Positions 13,152 through 25,991 of a stretch of 64,000 nucleotides of DNA are shown here, piece by piece. This DNA comes from Gordius albopunctatus (lineage: Eukaryota): contig OZ193909.1 in NCBI GenBank assembly GCA_964276515.1, positions 16,306,001-16,370,000 on the forward strand. Reading direction: 5' to 3'. Both the position numbers and the translations under genes were made by a program. How positions within the stretch are numbered: position 1 is the stretch's first letter; every line of letters starts with the position of its first letter. The notes under the pieces were generated by a model, which saw nothing but the letters and a program-made list of their open reading frames with translations, did no database searches and was not told where the DNA came from.

Positions 13152-13689
13152 CCAAAGGTTGATATTGTATTTTGTTTGGTCAACCTTTAGATAGGTGATT
13201 TTGAATCTAGATTCAAAAAGCGAATGCATGTTAAAACATAGAAGCGTCTTAATTCGAGCGTCACTTCATTTTTGTTCTATTTTTGTGTTTTTGATCATAA
13301 AACAAATATTTATCTTTTAATTACGCTTAATAATGCAAATTAATATGATAACTAAACTAAAATTGTTGATTCCACGACCTTTATATCGCATATTTAGACA
13401 AACAAAAATATGACGCTTTGAAGTTGAATCGTATATTAAGACGGGCCTTTAGTCACATTTTTTATAATAGACCAAAGGTTTTCATCTGTTTTTATCAGTC
13501 GACCTTTGTTTTAGTTTAGGTGCTTTGGGGTGGGTAAAAAGGTTAATGATTTAATTTTTTGAATTTGTTGATCATTGTGACTTTAAAAATAATTAATATA
13601 GATAAAGGCAGCTTTTTGATTGTATTGATTTAGCGAGGTTTTTATTATTGACATTTGCATAAAAAATAAATAATTTACCAACAAATAAT

Positions 13690-14078
13690 CGCGACAATCG
13701 TCCTAATTGTCATTTATGGATATAAACAAAAATTGGTGGGTTAAGGTGTCATACAAATTTTTTAAATATAAAAAAAATATTGAACTTATTTTGGTGATAA
13801 TTGCCATAACTGTCGTTTATGGATTAAAATAAATTCTTTTAACTAAAATTGATGGGCTAGGGTGTCATAATTCATGCAAATATAAAATTTAAATTTGTCA
13901 TCAAATATTCGTGATAAATGTCATAAGGGCTAAATACATTCTTATAACCAAAATTAATGGATAAGCGTGTCCAAATACAAAATATAATACCTAATTTGGT
14001 GACAAAGATAAGTTCAAATATAAAAAAATAAATTTGTCAAACAAACTTGGTGACAATTGTCATAATTGTCATTTATAT
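13690..14078 (+). repeat. Tandem ~120-bp repeat array (left arm of a foldback pair)
   Basis: Repeated GACAATTGTCATAATTGTCATTTATGG..GATGGG..GGTGTCATA units; the reverse-complement array is at 18108-18450. Confidence 0.7.
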
Positions 14079-14641
14079 AGCTATTCAATTCGCTCCATCT
14101 ACAATTTTACCTGCTCTGCTAATTCCACATTTGAGCCTGCGTACAGCATTATATAATCCGCAAAGAGCTGTGCCCAAGGTAATTCGCGTTTCAGGTCCTT
14201 CGTTATCGAATCCATTATTCTATGAAATGCAATGTACTTAGGGCTAATCCTTAATGCACACCGACATTTAGACTGAATCCCATTGGTGTACAACTGGATG
14301 TCCGAACTTTGGTTTTTGCGTTTCTATACAAATCCTTTATTAACATTATATAAGCGTTGTGTACACCATTAGAACTCAGGCTATCCCATATCAACTACCT
14401 TGGCACTTTGGCGAAAGCTTTTTTAAGATTAATGACACACATATCAAGATCCTTTTGTTTTTTCGTTTTTACATCCATGAGTCCCTTTCCAGGTATAAAC
14501 CCAAAATCTCTTTTATCCATTGATATTATTTTTCGGAGTCTAGATTCTATAATCTTTTCCACACCTTCATTAAGTGACTCGTTAACTTTATCCCCCCATA
14601 GTTATTGTATTTTTGTACATCTCCCTTCATTTTACATTGGT

Positions 14642-15416
14642 GACCCCGCTTAACGGGGGAGCCGAATATTCCTCCCCCCAAAATATTTATAACCCCAACT
14701 CTACATTTTTGTTTTTATCTCCCCCAATAACAGTACCTTTAATTATTTTTGGGCACTAGTTTCTCAAGCCATCACCCAATACGACACTGGCAAAGAAATC
14801 GAGAGACAAAACAATCAATCCTTCAACCCTCAAACAATCTCAAGGTAAATGTGTCCCAATATGTGGAACGAACTTACCTATCTGGTTGCTAATACGATGA
14901 CAATCTATTAAATGCCATACTACATTAAACAATGTCTTCTGCAACGTCTACCGAAATTGAAATTGTTCACTACTCAACACGGCTATCACAAACAACACAA
15001 ATCTTCACGGCCTTTATGAGCAAGGACTACAATTATGGGCGATACAAGGCAGAACAAAACAACTACCAACCAACATTTACGCCTCAACCACCATTCGCAA
15101 ACAATAGTTTCATTTACCTTATATTTTTTTTGCACTCCATGCAAATAGGAGGAGGGTACTATAGGGTTACAAATGATTTGGATATTCACACTCCTTCTTA
15201 CTCGATCTGAATACACACTATTCATACTCCTCCTTATTCTATTTATAACCATTATAATTTGAATAGCCCACAACTACCTTACGAGTTATGTATATGAACT
15301 TCGATAACATGGTATATAAACTAATGCGTAGCGATCGAATTATTATATTGTATCTTTTAGTTTGAGATATTAATAAAGTTCCTTTAGTTAGAATAAAGTA
15401 GGCCAAAACCCCTACA
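14642..15416 (+). mobile_element. Unclassified insertion in the RTE, possibly an LTR remnant
   Basis: Interrupts the RTE frame right after ESFDIP; has two AATAAA and ends CCCCTACA like an LTR 3' end. No clean TG start or TSD. Confidence 0.4.
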
Positions 15417-16138
15417 GGTATATCAAAGCTTTCCTTCCACTCATCAGGCATCATACCACTTGCAAGTATTTTGTTAAAAAGCTTTGCAAGTAAATGTACA
15501 CCTAAGGGTCCTAGCATTTTAAAACCTTCCATAGGTATATTATCAGGTCCCACCCCTATACCCATGGTCATCTTTTTAAGCACCTGGTCAACCTCTTCTT
15601 CTGTCACTTCTAACTCTTGGTCATATTCATATCATGGTTCTTGCTTTCTTTCACTGTTTAATAATAGTATTCTTCCCAACGATGGTCCAGAGTTAGAAAG
15701 ATGCCTCCCTTGCTCTTTTCACGTTTACCACATCCTTTGAGTTCCTTGCCCTGGTATTTGCGATTTAGATCATTCTTTACCCTTCTTTACTATTTAAAAT
15801 GGCATTTAAATTCTCTTAGACCTCTGTTTTAGCCTTGGCTACACAACGTGTTGCCTCATTTTCAGCTTCCTCATTTGCCAATCTTGTTTATTTATTTCCT
15901 GCCTGACCAAAATTTGTAGAGCTTTCTTTTCAACTTGACTAGGCGTTACACGTCTTCATTTCACCGCCATGTCTCCTTATCTCAGTGTATGCCTGGTAAC
16001 CTACTCCTTCACATCCGCTACTGATCCTACCGTGTCAGCTATTTTATTCCAAATATTGTTAGCACTTTGCTGAATATCTATTTGCAGCCGTTTAATTATT
16101 TGATCATTGTAAATATATTTCAATTTCGGTAGCCAGAA

Positions 16139-17081
16139 TAAAGGTCTGCAGGGGCCGGGCTGGCGTCGGACCTGAAAATGAGCCCTAAAAAAAGTGCGGG
16201 CCGAGCTTGGGCTTTGATATATGAAAAAATTTAAATATAACTCTATATTATCATTATAGTATTGACACAAAAAAGTGCATTTATTATCTTGATGATAAAA
16301 AATTTATTTTTTTCTAACAAAAATTTGCTATTTAAACAGTATTATTTTGAGAGAAGATTTATTATTATATTTTTCGCTAATTAAGTAAATTAATTGAGAT
16401 GAAAGAATTCTTGTTAAAACCATGGTAACACAAACTTTAAATAAATTAATGCAAGAAGATCCTAGCTCTTCTTGCATCAGTCGTCCATCTATGAGCAATT
16501 CAGCTCAGGTATGTAGGCAATTAGCTATTGGTGAAGTCGATATGGATATCCCCGTTTGGGAGGACGATGAAAGAGAGCAGATTGAGGAGAGCAATGAAGT
16601 TGATACTTATGTTAAATTAAATCTTAAACCGCAAGATGATGGGCTTGATGTTATTTCATGGTGGAAAGAACACGAACTTATCCTACCTAATTTGACAAAG
16701 TTAGCTGTACAGTTTTTGGCAATTCCAGCCACAAGCGCTACAAGTGAACGCACATTTAGTAAGGCAAGTCGCCTAATAGAACAAATAAGAAAAAGACTAC
16801 TACCTGATAGAATAGACAGTTTATTATTTTTAAATCCCAACATTGAATTATATTTTTTTTATTAATATCGTTTTTATATGCTATAACAATTTTTTTCATA
16901 CATGCAAAATTGTTTCTATACAAATAAATTTTTTTGAAAACACTGAAGCTTTTTTCTCGTGCGGGCCTGATGCGGCGCATTTTTTGTTGTTTTTTTGCGA
17001 GGCGGGTATGGGTAAAAAAAATATATTTGTGCGGGTATGGGCCGGGTCTGACTCTGAAATTTCGGCCCATGCAGACCTCTA
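16139..17081 (+). mobile_element. Non-autonomous hAT element retaining the transposase dimerization domain
   Basis: TIRs TAAAGGTCTGCA / TGCAGACCTCTA; perfect 8-bp TSD AGCCAGAA; ORF 16422-16865 with WWK..LPNLTKLAVQFLAIPATSATSERTFS. Confidence 0.92.
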
Positions 17082-17948
17082 AGCCAGAACCATTTGATTC
17101 TCCCATTTAATCTCTTACGCTTTAGTTTTTCCGTCTTGGAGATTGTATAGCCCATCACATCAAGTCTGTGTTGGGCTGAAATAGCCTCACTTGGTATAAC
17201 CTTACAATCACGCATATTCTTTTATTCTTTTCTTGATATCGAAGACCGATTTCCACTTTTGTACGTTATTAGGTGATTTACATTCTTTTTGAAGAAGGTA
17301 TTTGTGATGCTCAAATCAAATGCCACGGCTATTTTCAATATTTCGTCGCCTTCATCGCTTCTTGTTCCTCATTTCCATCATAATATGGTTCATATCCTTC
17401 TCTTGTTTTACCTACGTGACCATTCATATCCGCTCCGTTTTGTTTGATTCTTCCCGAAATTCCTCCTTTTATTTATCTGTGCATCCTGTTTTCGGAGCAT
17501 ATCCGGAAACTACATTAATCATTTTCCTTCTATGCATAGTTTTAACATCATGAGTCGCCCACTTTTTCTTTGTACCTCGATGACTTTATCTTGCAAATTT
17601 GAAGCTAGTATGGTTGCTACGCCATTTTTATTCGTTTCTAGGCCATTGAAGTAAAGTTTATAGCCTTCACCTATCATCCTTGCTTTTGAGCTTTCTATCT
17701 TGTTTCCTGTACACGTGCTATATCGACCCGTCGCTTGTTAAGGGTGTCAGCAACTTCTATGGATTTTGCAGTCATCGTTGCAAAATTTAGTGTGCCCACT
17801 CTCAATGTCGTCTTTAGCAAACTAGTTTCTTTAATTAGATGCGTTTGCGGAAGATGTAGTTACCATTATACGAGCGCCTACCATGCGCGTCGTTTATGGA
17901 CGACGTTCTAACGCTTTTATTACTTTCAACTTTCATAGAACTTGTATC

Positions 17949-18090
17949 GGGGGTGACGCTCGGCTATCCAGGCCTGACAGCCGTATTAGCAATGTGAGCT
18001 ATTTTTAATATTTGAATTAAGTGCCGAAGGCTGTATCGAACCTGCAAGCTTATGCTTTAAAGCCTAAACATATACATACTACACCAATGT
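17949..18090 (-). mobile_element. tRNA-derived head abutting the 5' end of the RTE
   Basis: Minus strand: A-box-like TGGTGTAGT, B-box-like GGTTCGATAC, then the same core as 9886-10020. Confidence 0.6.
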
Positions 18091-18107
18091 GAACAAGATA
18101 AGGTGAA

Positions 18108-18450
18108 AGATTTAAATTTTATATTTGCAACAATTTTATGACATCCAAACCCATCAATTCACGTTAAAAGAATTTATTTAACCCCATAAACGACAATTAT
18201 AACAAATAACCAAAATAAGTTTGGAGATCTAAATTTTATATTTTTAACAATTTTATGACATATTAACCCATCAATTTTCGTTAAAAGAATTTATTTGGCT
18301 CCATATTTGACAATTATGACAATTATCACCAAGATAAGTAAACAAATCTATATTTAATACTTATAACAATCGTATGACACCTTAACCTATGAATCTTGGT
18401 TTAAAAAATTTATTTATGACAATTGTCACCTAGATAAATTGACAAATTTC
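18108..18450 (-). repeat. Tandem ~120-bp repeat array (right arm of a foldback pair)
   Basis: Reverse complement of the units at 13690-14078. Confidence 0.7.
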
Positions 18451-18929
18451 AATATTTTCGATAATTAAGGCCTAAGATCGTGATAATAGTGACAATGCAG
18501 CATCATATTGTAAAAACTAAAGAAGATTTTGAAAAATATCATAGAGATCTGCCTGGTTCGAGAGAGAATACGATAAAATATTAAAGAGAGCCGTGAAATT
18601 TGAATTTGCCAATAAAAAAACATTAATTACTTAATAAATTAATAAGGTGAAAATCGCGACTCTAGATTTGACTTTTAAAACCAAGAACCGAAAAATTTAG
18701 TTGGTTATAAGGTTATAGCTGGGGAGTCAAGTGCAACCCAGCATAAATATTTTGTAATCGACTACGTCCTCTTTAAGGCAAAATAAATAACTACTGCTGC
18801 TAATAAAAGACGCCCACAATTACCAAGTGATGAAATGTTTGCATACTTTAACTAACGAGTGTCAATTTGGGTTAAAAATAGAAAGTCGACTTCTAATACA
18901 CTAATTGGCCTTAAACGATTTATGGAATG

Positions 18930-19700
18930 ATATAAGAAAATATAGGATTATCTCCTTAAGTGTTTCACTGATTTTCAAAAGCTATGGATAAAGTTCCTAA
19001 GCTATTACTATGGGATATCTTATGGTGTCCTAGAGATTTGTATACATGAGTTCATTGCTCTTCATATTGGTAGCTAAATAATGTGTGGATGCAGCAGATC
19101 TAAAGCATTGGCTCTAAAATCAACAGGAAAAAATTGAGCATAGATGCCTGGAGCAAAGAAAGGAGGCAAGGAATTACATATAAAAATTTGTGACTGGGAT
19201 TTAAACGAGGTGATGAAATTCAAATATCCTGGATCAAAGGTGTATTTTAATTGGATGTTAAAAGAGATATTAGGATAAAAATCAACTCATGAGTCTATTA
19301 TATTTCAGAGGATTAATAAGTGTACAGTTTGACAAACACATATCACACAAATTGAAAGATCATTTATATAAAACCGCTATCATTCTAACTGTGATATATT
19401 AAATCAAGATATGGTCTATTAAGGCAAAAAGAGCAAAGATAAATGATGTGAATTTTGAGATTCATTTCTAAAATAAGCAATAAGGACCATATAGGATATC
19501 GAGAGATACGGTTTAAATTAGTTGTTCCGAATAAAGACAAAGATGGTTGTTATTACATAAAATTGTATGGCCATCTGGAAATATGGGGGAAAAGGTCACT
19601 TGCGCATCGGATGAAGAATTTGAATGTAGGCGAAGGAGAGGAAGCCTAAGCTAACATGGAAACATAAAATCGATATGGACATGAAAAAGTATGAGCAAAA
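18930..19700 (+). mobile_element. Highly degenerate LINE RT / 3' fragment
   Basis: Remnants resembling DF.KA.DKVP (~18965) and KFKY.GS (~19217); many stops. Confidence 0.6.
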
Positions 19701-19964
19701 GAAAATCTGGTGTAACTGTAAGTACGTGAAAAATTTACATGAAGGAGTTCATTAACTGTAATAAAAAGCTATAAAAACAGACCGTTGCTGTATGCTACTC
19801 AAAATAAATAATTGGTAATACTTGCTTTATTTATATAAATTAAGTTTGTTCATTACCGTTTTTAATTGCTGTATATTCTAATATTATTATATCACAACTC
19901 TAATTAAATGATTTTAATAAGTCTCGCATACTGTTTGGTTCAACCTTGTAATATTACAAACATA

Positions 19965-20670
19965 ACTTGATCAAGCTCATCATCTATCGGTTTAAGATTT
20001 AATTTAAAATAAGTATCAAATTCATTGCTCTCCTCAATCTGCTCTCTTTCATCGTCCTCCCAAACGGAGATATCCATATCGACTTCACCAATAGCTAATT
20101 GCCTACATACCTGAGCTGAATTGCTCATAGATGGACGACTGATGCAAGAAGAGCTAGAATCTTCTTGCATTAATTTATTTAAAGTTTGTGTTACCATGGT
20201 TTTAACAAGAATAGCAATGTTGATATTATAAGTTTGTAATAAGAAGAAGTGCAGCTAAAACTAATTAATTATAAAATAAAATTTTTTAATGAATTACCTT
20301 AAAGCTTAAAACAACGTCAATGAGATCTTGGAACAAATATTAAGCAATCTAAGAATTTGAAAAGCGAGGGAAAAAATAAACAATGAAGTTAAAAACAAAC
20401 ACTACCTTCTATCCATTCAATTAATTTACTTAATTAACGAAAAATATAACATTAAATTTTCCCTCAAAATAATACTGTTCAAATAGCAAATTTTTGTTAG
20501 AAAAAATAAATTTTTTATCATCAAGATAATAAATGCATTTTTTTGTGTCAATACTATAATAAGTATAGAGTTTAATATATTTAAATTTTTTCACTTATCA
20601 AAGCCCAAGCCCGGCCCGCACTTTTTTTAGTGCTCATTTTCAGGTCCAGCCCGGCCCCTGCAGACCTCTA
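19965..20670 (-). mobile_element. Truncated second copy of the 16139-17081 hAT element
   Basis: Near-identical ORF MVTQTLNKLMQED..; terminus TGCAGACCTCTA at 20670; contains ~200 bp (20215-20410) missing from the first copy. Confidence 0.88.
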
Positions 20671-22179
20671 ATTCAAAGAAACTTAACAGTATGAGTATTG
20701 CGCCTATTGATGTCGCTTTAATCATCCTCATTATATATTAAAGCATTTGAATTAATTTTTGAATGGATTAATTTTATATTATATTCGGACTATAGGTGAT
20801 AGAACCTCATACAAGATACAGGGAAAATGATTATATTATATTCTTCACTGACATATTTTAAATTAGTGTTAACATTTAAAAAAAAATTTATATCTTATTT
20901 TAACCGCTCCACAACTAGCTTATTGGTAACCAAATTGTCACTACTATGAACTATAAAATTCCGAAATATGAAATAATAATTAAACATCAATTAGTTAGCA
21001 AATAATAAATAACAATATATTTGACTAAGGAAAATGCATATGACCAAGTCCGCTGTAAATTTAAATAATAAGTTGAGTAATTTATTACAGGATTAAAATG
21101 GATTTTATTCACGTTTTAATTAAATAATATGGCTCTAATTTATTATGGAATTTAATGCATTGACTTTATAGGTTAATTAAATTTTAATTTGGAATATTAA
21201 TTATAATAAGTCCAATTTAAGTTGTCAGAAAGAAGTTTTAAATTTTGTTTTATGTGTTGACAACAATTATTCTTGTAAATAGGGTTGTTGCGTCTTTATT
21301 GATTTAATTTAAATGTTCTCAAGGTCTTTTCCTAAGTAGTCTCAGATTCATTTATTAGGCTGGAATTTTGCCTTTTACATAAATTATAGGCATTTAACTG
21401 ATTAAAGAAAGAATACTAATTTGAAAATAGACTCAATAATATTTTTAGGAAAACTTAATTTTACCATTAATAAAATATAATTGTTAATCTTTAAAATGTT
21501 ATGCAAAACATTTTTATTGGTATATTATATATTAATATTGCCTCTAGGGATTAATATTCGTATTTAATAAGATTAAAACAAAATAGGTATATATGTGATG
21601 GTATATAATCCTTAATAGAGTTCCTTTCAAACTTACCTATAAATTGCAATAATATAATTAGCTTTTTGTGTATTATTAAACGTATCCACTCCTTATTCGT
21701 TTAATTTATATTTATAATATGTAGATGTTTAGACCTGTTTAGGAAAAGCTTATCATTAAGCGAAGAGAATTATATTTTTATTTATAGCGAGATGTCTTGT
21801 GAAGAAGATTGCAGTTAACACCTTAACAGGAATCCATCCATCTATTTTTGATATAAAAATGCTAAAACACTTATCCCCTTATTAAATATAAAAATCATAG
21901 TTTTGTTTAATAAATCATTAAATTAAACGAAATGACAATGGTTTGTTATATTATGGATGATTTAAATTTCTTATTGATATCAGATCAGAACTTCTTTATT
22001 GTTCACATATATGCAATTGCCATCATTTTTCTCTCCGTTAAAATCTGATAATTTGCCCTTAAAATCATGATTTTAAAACCTTCGACGAATAAAAATAATT
22101 AAAAACTAGTCATTGTTATGACTACAGTTGACTTCACACCCGATCAGGCCGAAGTAGTCGATCAAGATAGGGCAGACTT

Positions 22180-23276
22180 TCCAGCTAGCCTGGTCATACA
22201 CTGTAAGTTTATTGTATAAAGACGCACTTTTTAATGTTTCAATAGACCTCTGTGGCCAACCCGTTCTAGGAAACGGCCATCATCCGCTACCCTGCCAATA
22301 CAGAAAGGGGCAGCATCCCCGTCATTCTGCAATAAATAAATTAATCGGGCAATTTTTTAAAAAAGCCTGCTTTCCTAACTCACAGGAACCCACAGACCTA
22401 AGCTCCACTGGCGGTAAAAGACCCGAGGGCGTAACAATCATCCCGTGGGCTCGTGGCCTAGACGCTTGTTAGGACTTCACTGAAGTGAATATATTTGCCA
22501 AATCTAACACCTCTCCCGACCCTTTCTCTTCTACTGAAATAGAGAAAGTTGAAAAATACAAATACCTTAGCAATATCATTTTTGTCCCAGTAGTGGCCAC
22601 GATCGTTGGTCATTTAGGTCTCGAGTATTGATGGGGAAATAGCGTTTTTAAGGAGCTATAGCACATAGCACCCATATGCGGCTATGTCTACTAGCACATA
22701 GTTACCTTAAGTGCTATAAGCTATAGGAGATGGGAGGTTTGAGGTGTTAGGGCAATGGGAGATGGGAGGTTTGAGGTGCTATAAGCTATAGGAGATGGAA
22801 GGTTTGAAGTGCTAAAGCTATAGCCGATAGCAATTAAATGCACTACTCCTATAGCACGGCGCTAACATTGAGAATAATTTCAATCTCATATTATACTCTA
22901 TTGTTTTCATTGAAATTATTATTATCAATGTTAGCGCCGTGCTATAGGAGTAGCGCATTTAAGTGCTATCGGCTATAGCTTTAGCGCCTCAAACCTCCCA
23001 TCTCCTATAGCTTATAGCACTTAAAGTGACTATGTGCTAGTAGACATAGCGTATTTAATAGGCTATTCCCATCAGCGGGGAGGTGCTAAGCGCACTAATG
23101 CTAAGCGTTTTCCCATCACGAGTCCCGAGAGTAGCCAATTCCTCAAACAAATATCAAAATATATAACCTCAATTACACACGATCCCAAAGAATTCTTTTA
23201 CATCAAGCAGAAAATCATCATGGAAATTGTAAAATCCAATACAATCTCAATCCATGGCTCGATGCAGGCTCATTAA
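22180..23276 (+). mobile_element. 3' fragment of a CRE-like non-LTR retrotransposon (restriction-like endonuclease domain), split by a MITE
   Basis: CG..GHHPLPC..RHSAIN..QEPTDLSSTGGKRPEGVTIIPWARG..DFT, then after removing the MITE, GHLGPESSQFLKQI..KQKIIMEIVKSN. This matches the recalled CCHC/RH/EP/KRPD RLE pattern. Confidence 0.75.
22626..23121. mobile_element. Palindromic hAT-type MITE
   Basis: Termini TATTGATGGG / CCCATCACGA; flanks GTCTCGAG / GTCCCGAG (7/8); long internal inverted repeat centred near 22900. Confidence 0.85.
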
Positions 23277-24086
23277 TTTAATATATTTTAGCATGTAACA
23301 TACAGAATTATTTGGAAATAAACCTCTATCGCGCCAAATTTTTTTTAAACATTATAACTCACATTTAGGCGTGGTAAGTGTGCTTAAGCTGCAACACATA
23401 TTTTAATTATTAACATATAAAAGCGATATTATACATCTGAATAGGTATTAATGTTGTAATTATACTGACGAGCATAATTATAACTTCAGATTTTTAAGCT
23501 CGCCGACTTGTCAGGTTTTTCGCTAAAAAATTCACATCTAGTTAATTCTAAACAGGGGAGATTGGGACATTAAATACCATAATTTATACGCGTTTAAATA
23601 AGATGAATATAATTATGTTTTACAATTTTGAGTAAATTTCTTAAAGTCTATTTATAATATAGGATAAAAATTGAGAAAAAATTTAATAGTTGTTTTCGCG
23701 TATTGATTTCCAAAAATAAATGTAAAAGTTATAATAAGGTTGCACTTGTTCCGCCACAACTAAAACTCTAATTAACTATGCTTAAATGCAAAATTAAAAG
23801 AAGAATTGCTATAAAATAAATTCTCTATAAATTAAAATGTAAAATACTTAAAATAACCCGAAATCATTAAAGTCAAAAAATAAAATTATAGCAAGGCAAA
23901 TATCAGCCACAAAAAAAGTTTTTGAGATAAAGTTTTCATTTATATCTTCTAAACAAGTTCTTTTACTCACAGCTTATGATAAAATGCACATATGATCAGG
24001 ATTATAAAAAAATCTTACAAAGATACCCATAACTCTGTGTATAGAAAACTTTGGTTTCTACTCCTTAGTATTAGCTTATATTGATT

Positions 24087-24254
24087 TATAAGGCGTAGCC
24101 AAGGGGGGGTTGCGGCAGGGACTGGGGTGGCTGCCCCCCTCTAAATCCCAAAATTTGTTATAATTATGGCCATAATTAAGAAAAAGGATCATCTTGCCCC
24201 TCCCTAAATCATTATTGCCCCCCCCCTCTAATTTAAATTCTGGCTACGCCCATG
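24087..24254. mobile_element. hAT-type MITE, CATGGGCGTAGCCA family (left end degraded)
   Basis: GGCGTAGCCA .. TGGCTACGCCCATG; interior is the reverse of the 8262 copy. Confidence 0.75.
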
Positions 24255-24273
24255 TAGTCTTTAGTAATTAGAT

Positions 24274-24474
24274 AAGTGTTGCAAAAAATCTGGGTTTGTT
24301 TAGTCGACCTCTCGTTCTAGTCGACTAAACATAAACAGACCAAAGGGTTTTTTGGTCTCTTTTTCTTAGTCGATGTCTAGGCTTAGTTGAAATTTGAAAA
24401 AGGGACCTTAGTCGATGGTTACTCTTAGTTGAACCAGTTGACCAGCACAACCCAGCCGTTGTTACAAAACACTA
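24274..24474. mobile_element. hAT-type MITE, TAGTGT(T/C)GCAAAA family
   Basis: Termini AAGTGTTGCAAAA / AACACTA; flanks AATTAGAT / ATTTAGAT; related to 34258 and 45374. Confidence 0.7.
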
Positions 24475-24489
24475 ATTTAGATACACATA

Positions 24490-24826
24490 CAGTCAAACCC
24501 GTTTAATTGCAAAGCCTTGGGCGTCAAAAAAATTCGCGATTAACCGATATTTCTCGATTAAACGATGGCAAAAGCAAAAATATTAAATATATATAGACAT
24601 AGTAAATATTCATTTCTTATGTTTCGCAATAAAACGATATTTTATATAAATGTATGGTTGATTTAAGGACTCAAAAATGTTTGTGAATATCCGATATTGT
24701 ACTATTAAGCGATTTGTCAATAAACGATGTTTTTGTTAATATTATCGTTTGGAAAAAAAATGGCGGTTAACTTCGCAATTAAAAGATTTCGCGATAATCC
24801 GATTTGCGATTAAGAAGTTTCGACTG
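24490..24826. mobile_element. Tc1/pogo-like MITE
   Basis: TA-CAGTCAAAC .. GTTTCGACTG termini; internal CGATTAA repeats. Confidence 0.6.
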
Positions 24827-25857
24827 CAACACTTTAGCTTAAAACCCTATAATTAGGCATATATAATGTTATATTATAAGAAATATCCTAGCTCTAATAA
24901 AATATAGTAAAATTTTTTCCTATGATCTAATGTAAGGAAACATTATCAGCACATTGAAAATCGTAAGGGATACGTGAAAGGCTATATTGCATTAAAATAG
25001 ATATATTGCAAATTAACACTTTCTTTAACGAGCCTAAGTATTTAATGGTTATCTCTCTGTGCATACATTTAAGGAAACTATAACTTTTTATTTGAAATTA
25101 ACTACTTTTGGGAATTAAATATTAATTGAGTATAATCATATTAAATGTTTTAAACGCATATGAATATGATACTTTTGGTATATATTCAAGAGTTTCAAGA
25201 GATAAAACGCTTATCTATGACATGTAAATTGCAAAATTTAAATCCTTGAAAATTTAAAATAGAATCGATTTTTTATAATAGAAGCTATAACAGCATAAAA
25301 ATCTAATAAATTATTTAAACTTAGCCTTTGTAAAAGAAGGCTAACATTAGTAGATAAAATTTGAAATTATAATCGCTTGAAAATAGAATAAAAAAAATAA
25401 ATACTATAGTAGAGAGTCCATGCTTTTTGCAAATATCTTGATATCCATCACTTTTTTTGTATCCTTTTAATATCTAATCCTGAACTAGATTTGACAGATA
25501 AATAATCTAATCATAGAATCTAATAACTTTTTTTTGTAAAACTCATAACCTAACTTAAATAAAATTTAAAATAGTCATACTCTGATAGAATTAAAAAAAG
25601 AAGAAATATTGATTTTGTCGTGCCAAAAAAAGTATTTCGTAAATTAACTAAAAATTACCTGATTATGAACTATTAGTAACTACTCTTGTTCGGGCTATCG
25701 TTTTGTTTGCGCAAAGTTAGCATTCAACAAAAAATGTTTTAAACATTCTTAAATTTAAAAAAAAAATTATATTTTTGAAAATAACCGGCCCTGATGTGCC
25801 ATAATCTCCTAATGAGAAGGTGTAAATAGTCATTTGCCTAGTAGGAATCAATTGCAG

Positions 25858-25991
25858 CCTGGGCGTAGCCAGGGGGGGTGGCGAAAAAAAATTCCAATCC
25901 AAAAAGCCTTAAAAATTAAAAAAATGCCCCCCTAATTCGACTTTTGAACGTTTTGCCCCCCCCCCCAATTAAAAACCTGGCTACGCTCACG
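25858..25991. mobile_element. hAT-type MITE, CATGGGCGTAGCCA family
   Basis: Termini CCTGGGCGTAGCCAGG / CCTGGCTACGCTCACG; perfect TSD AATTGCAG. Confidence 0.9.

Larger units (their letters stand above)
14080..17810 (-). mobile_element. Degenerate RTE-clade LINE (APE + RT), interrupted by two insertions
   Basis: APE N-terminus LRVGTLNFATMTAKSIEVADTLNKRRVDIARVQETR (~17805-17700); GPDNIPME..MPDEWKES (15607-15417); RT region LPWAQLFADY (14099-14293). Many stops. Confidence 0.88.
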
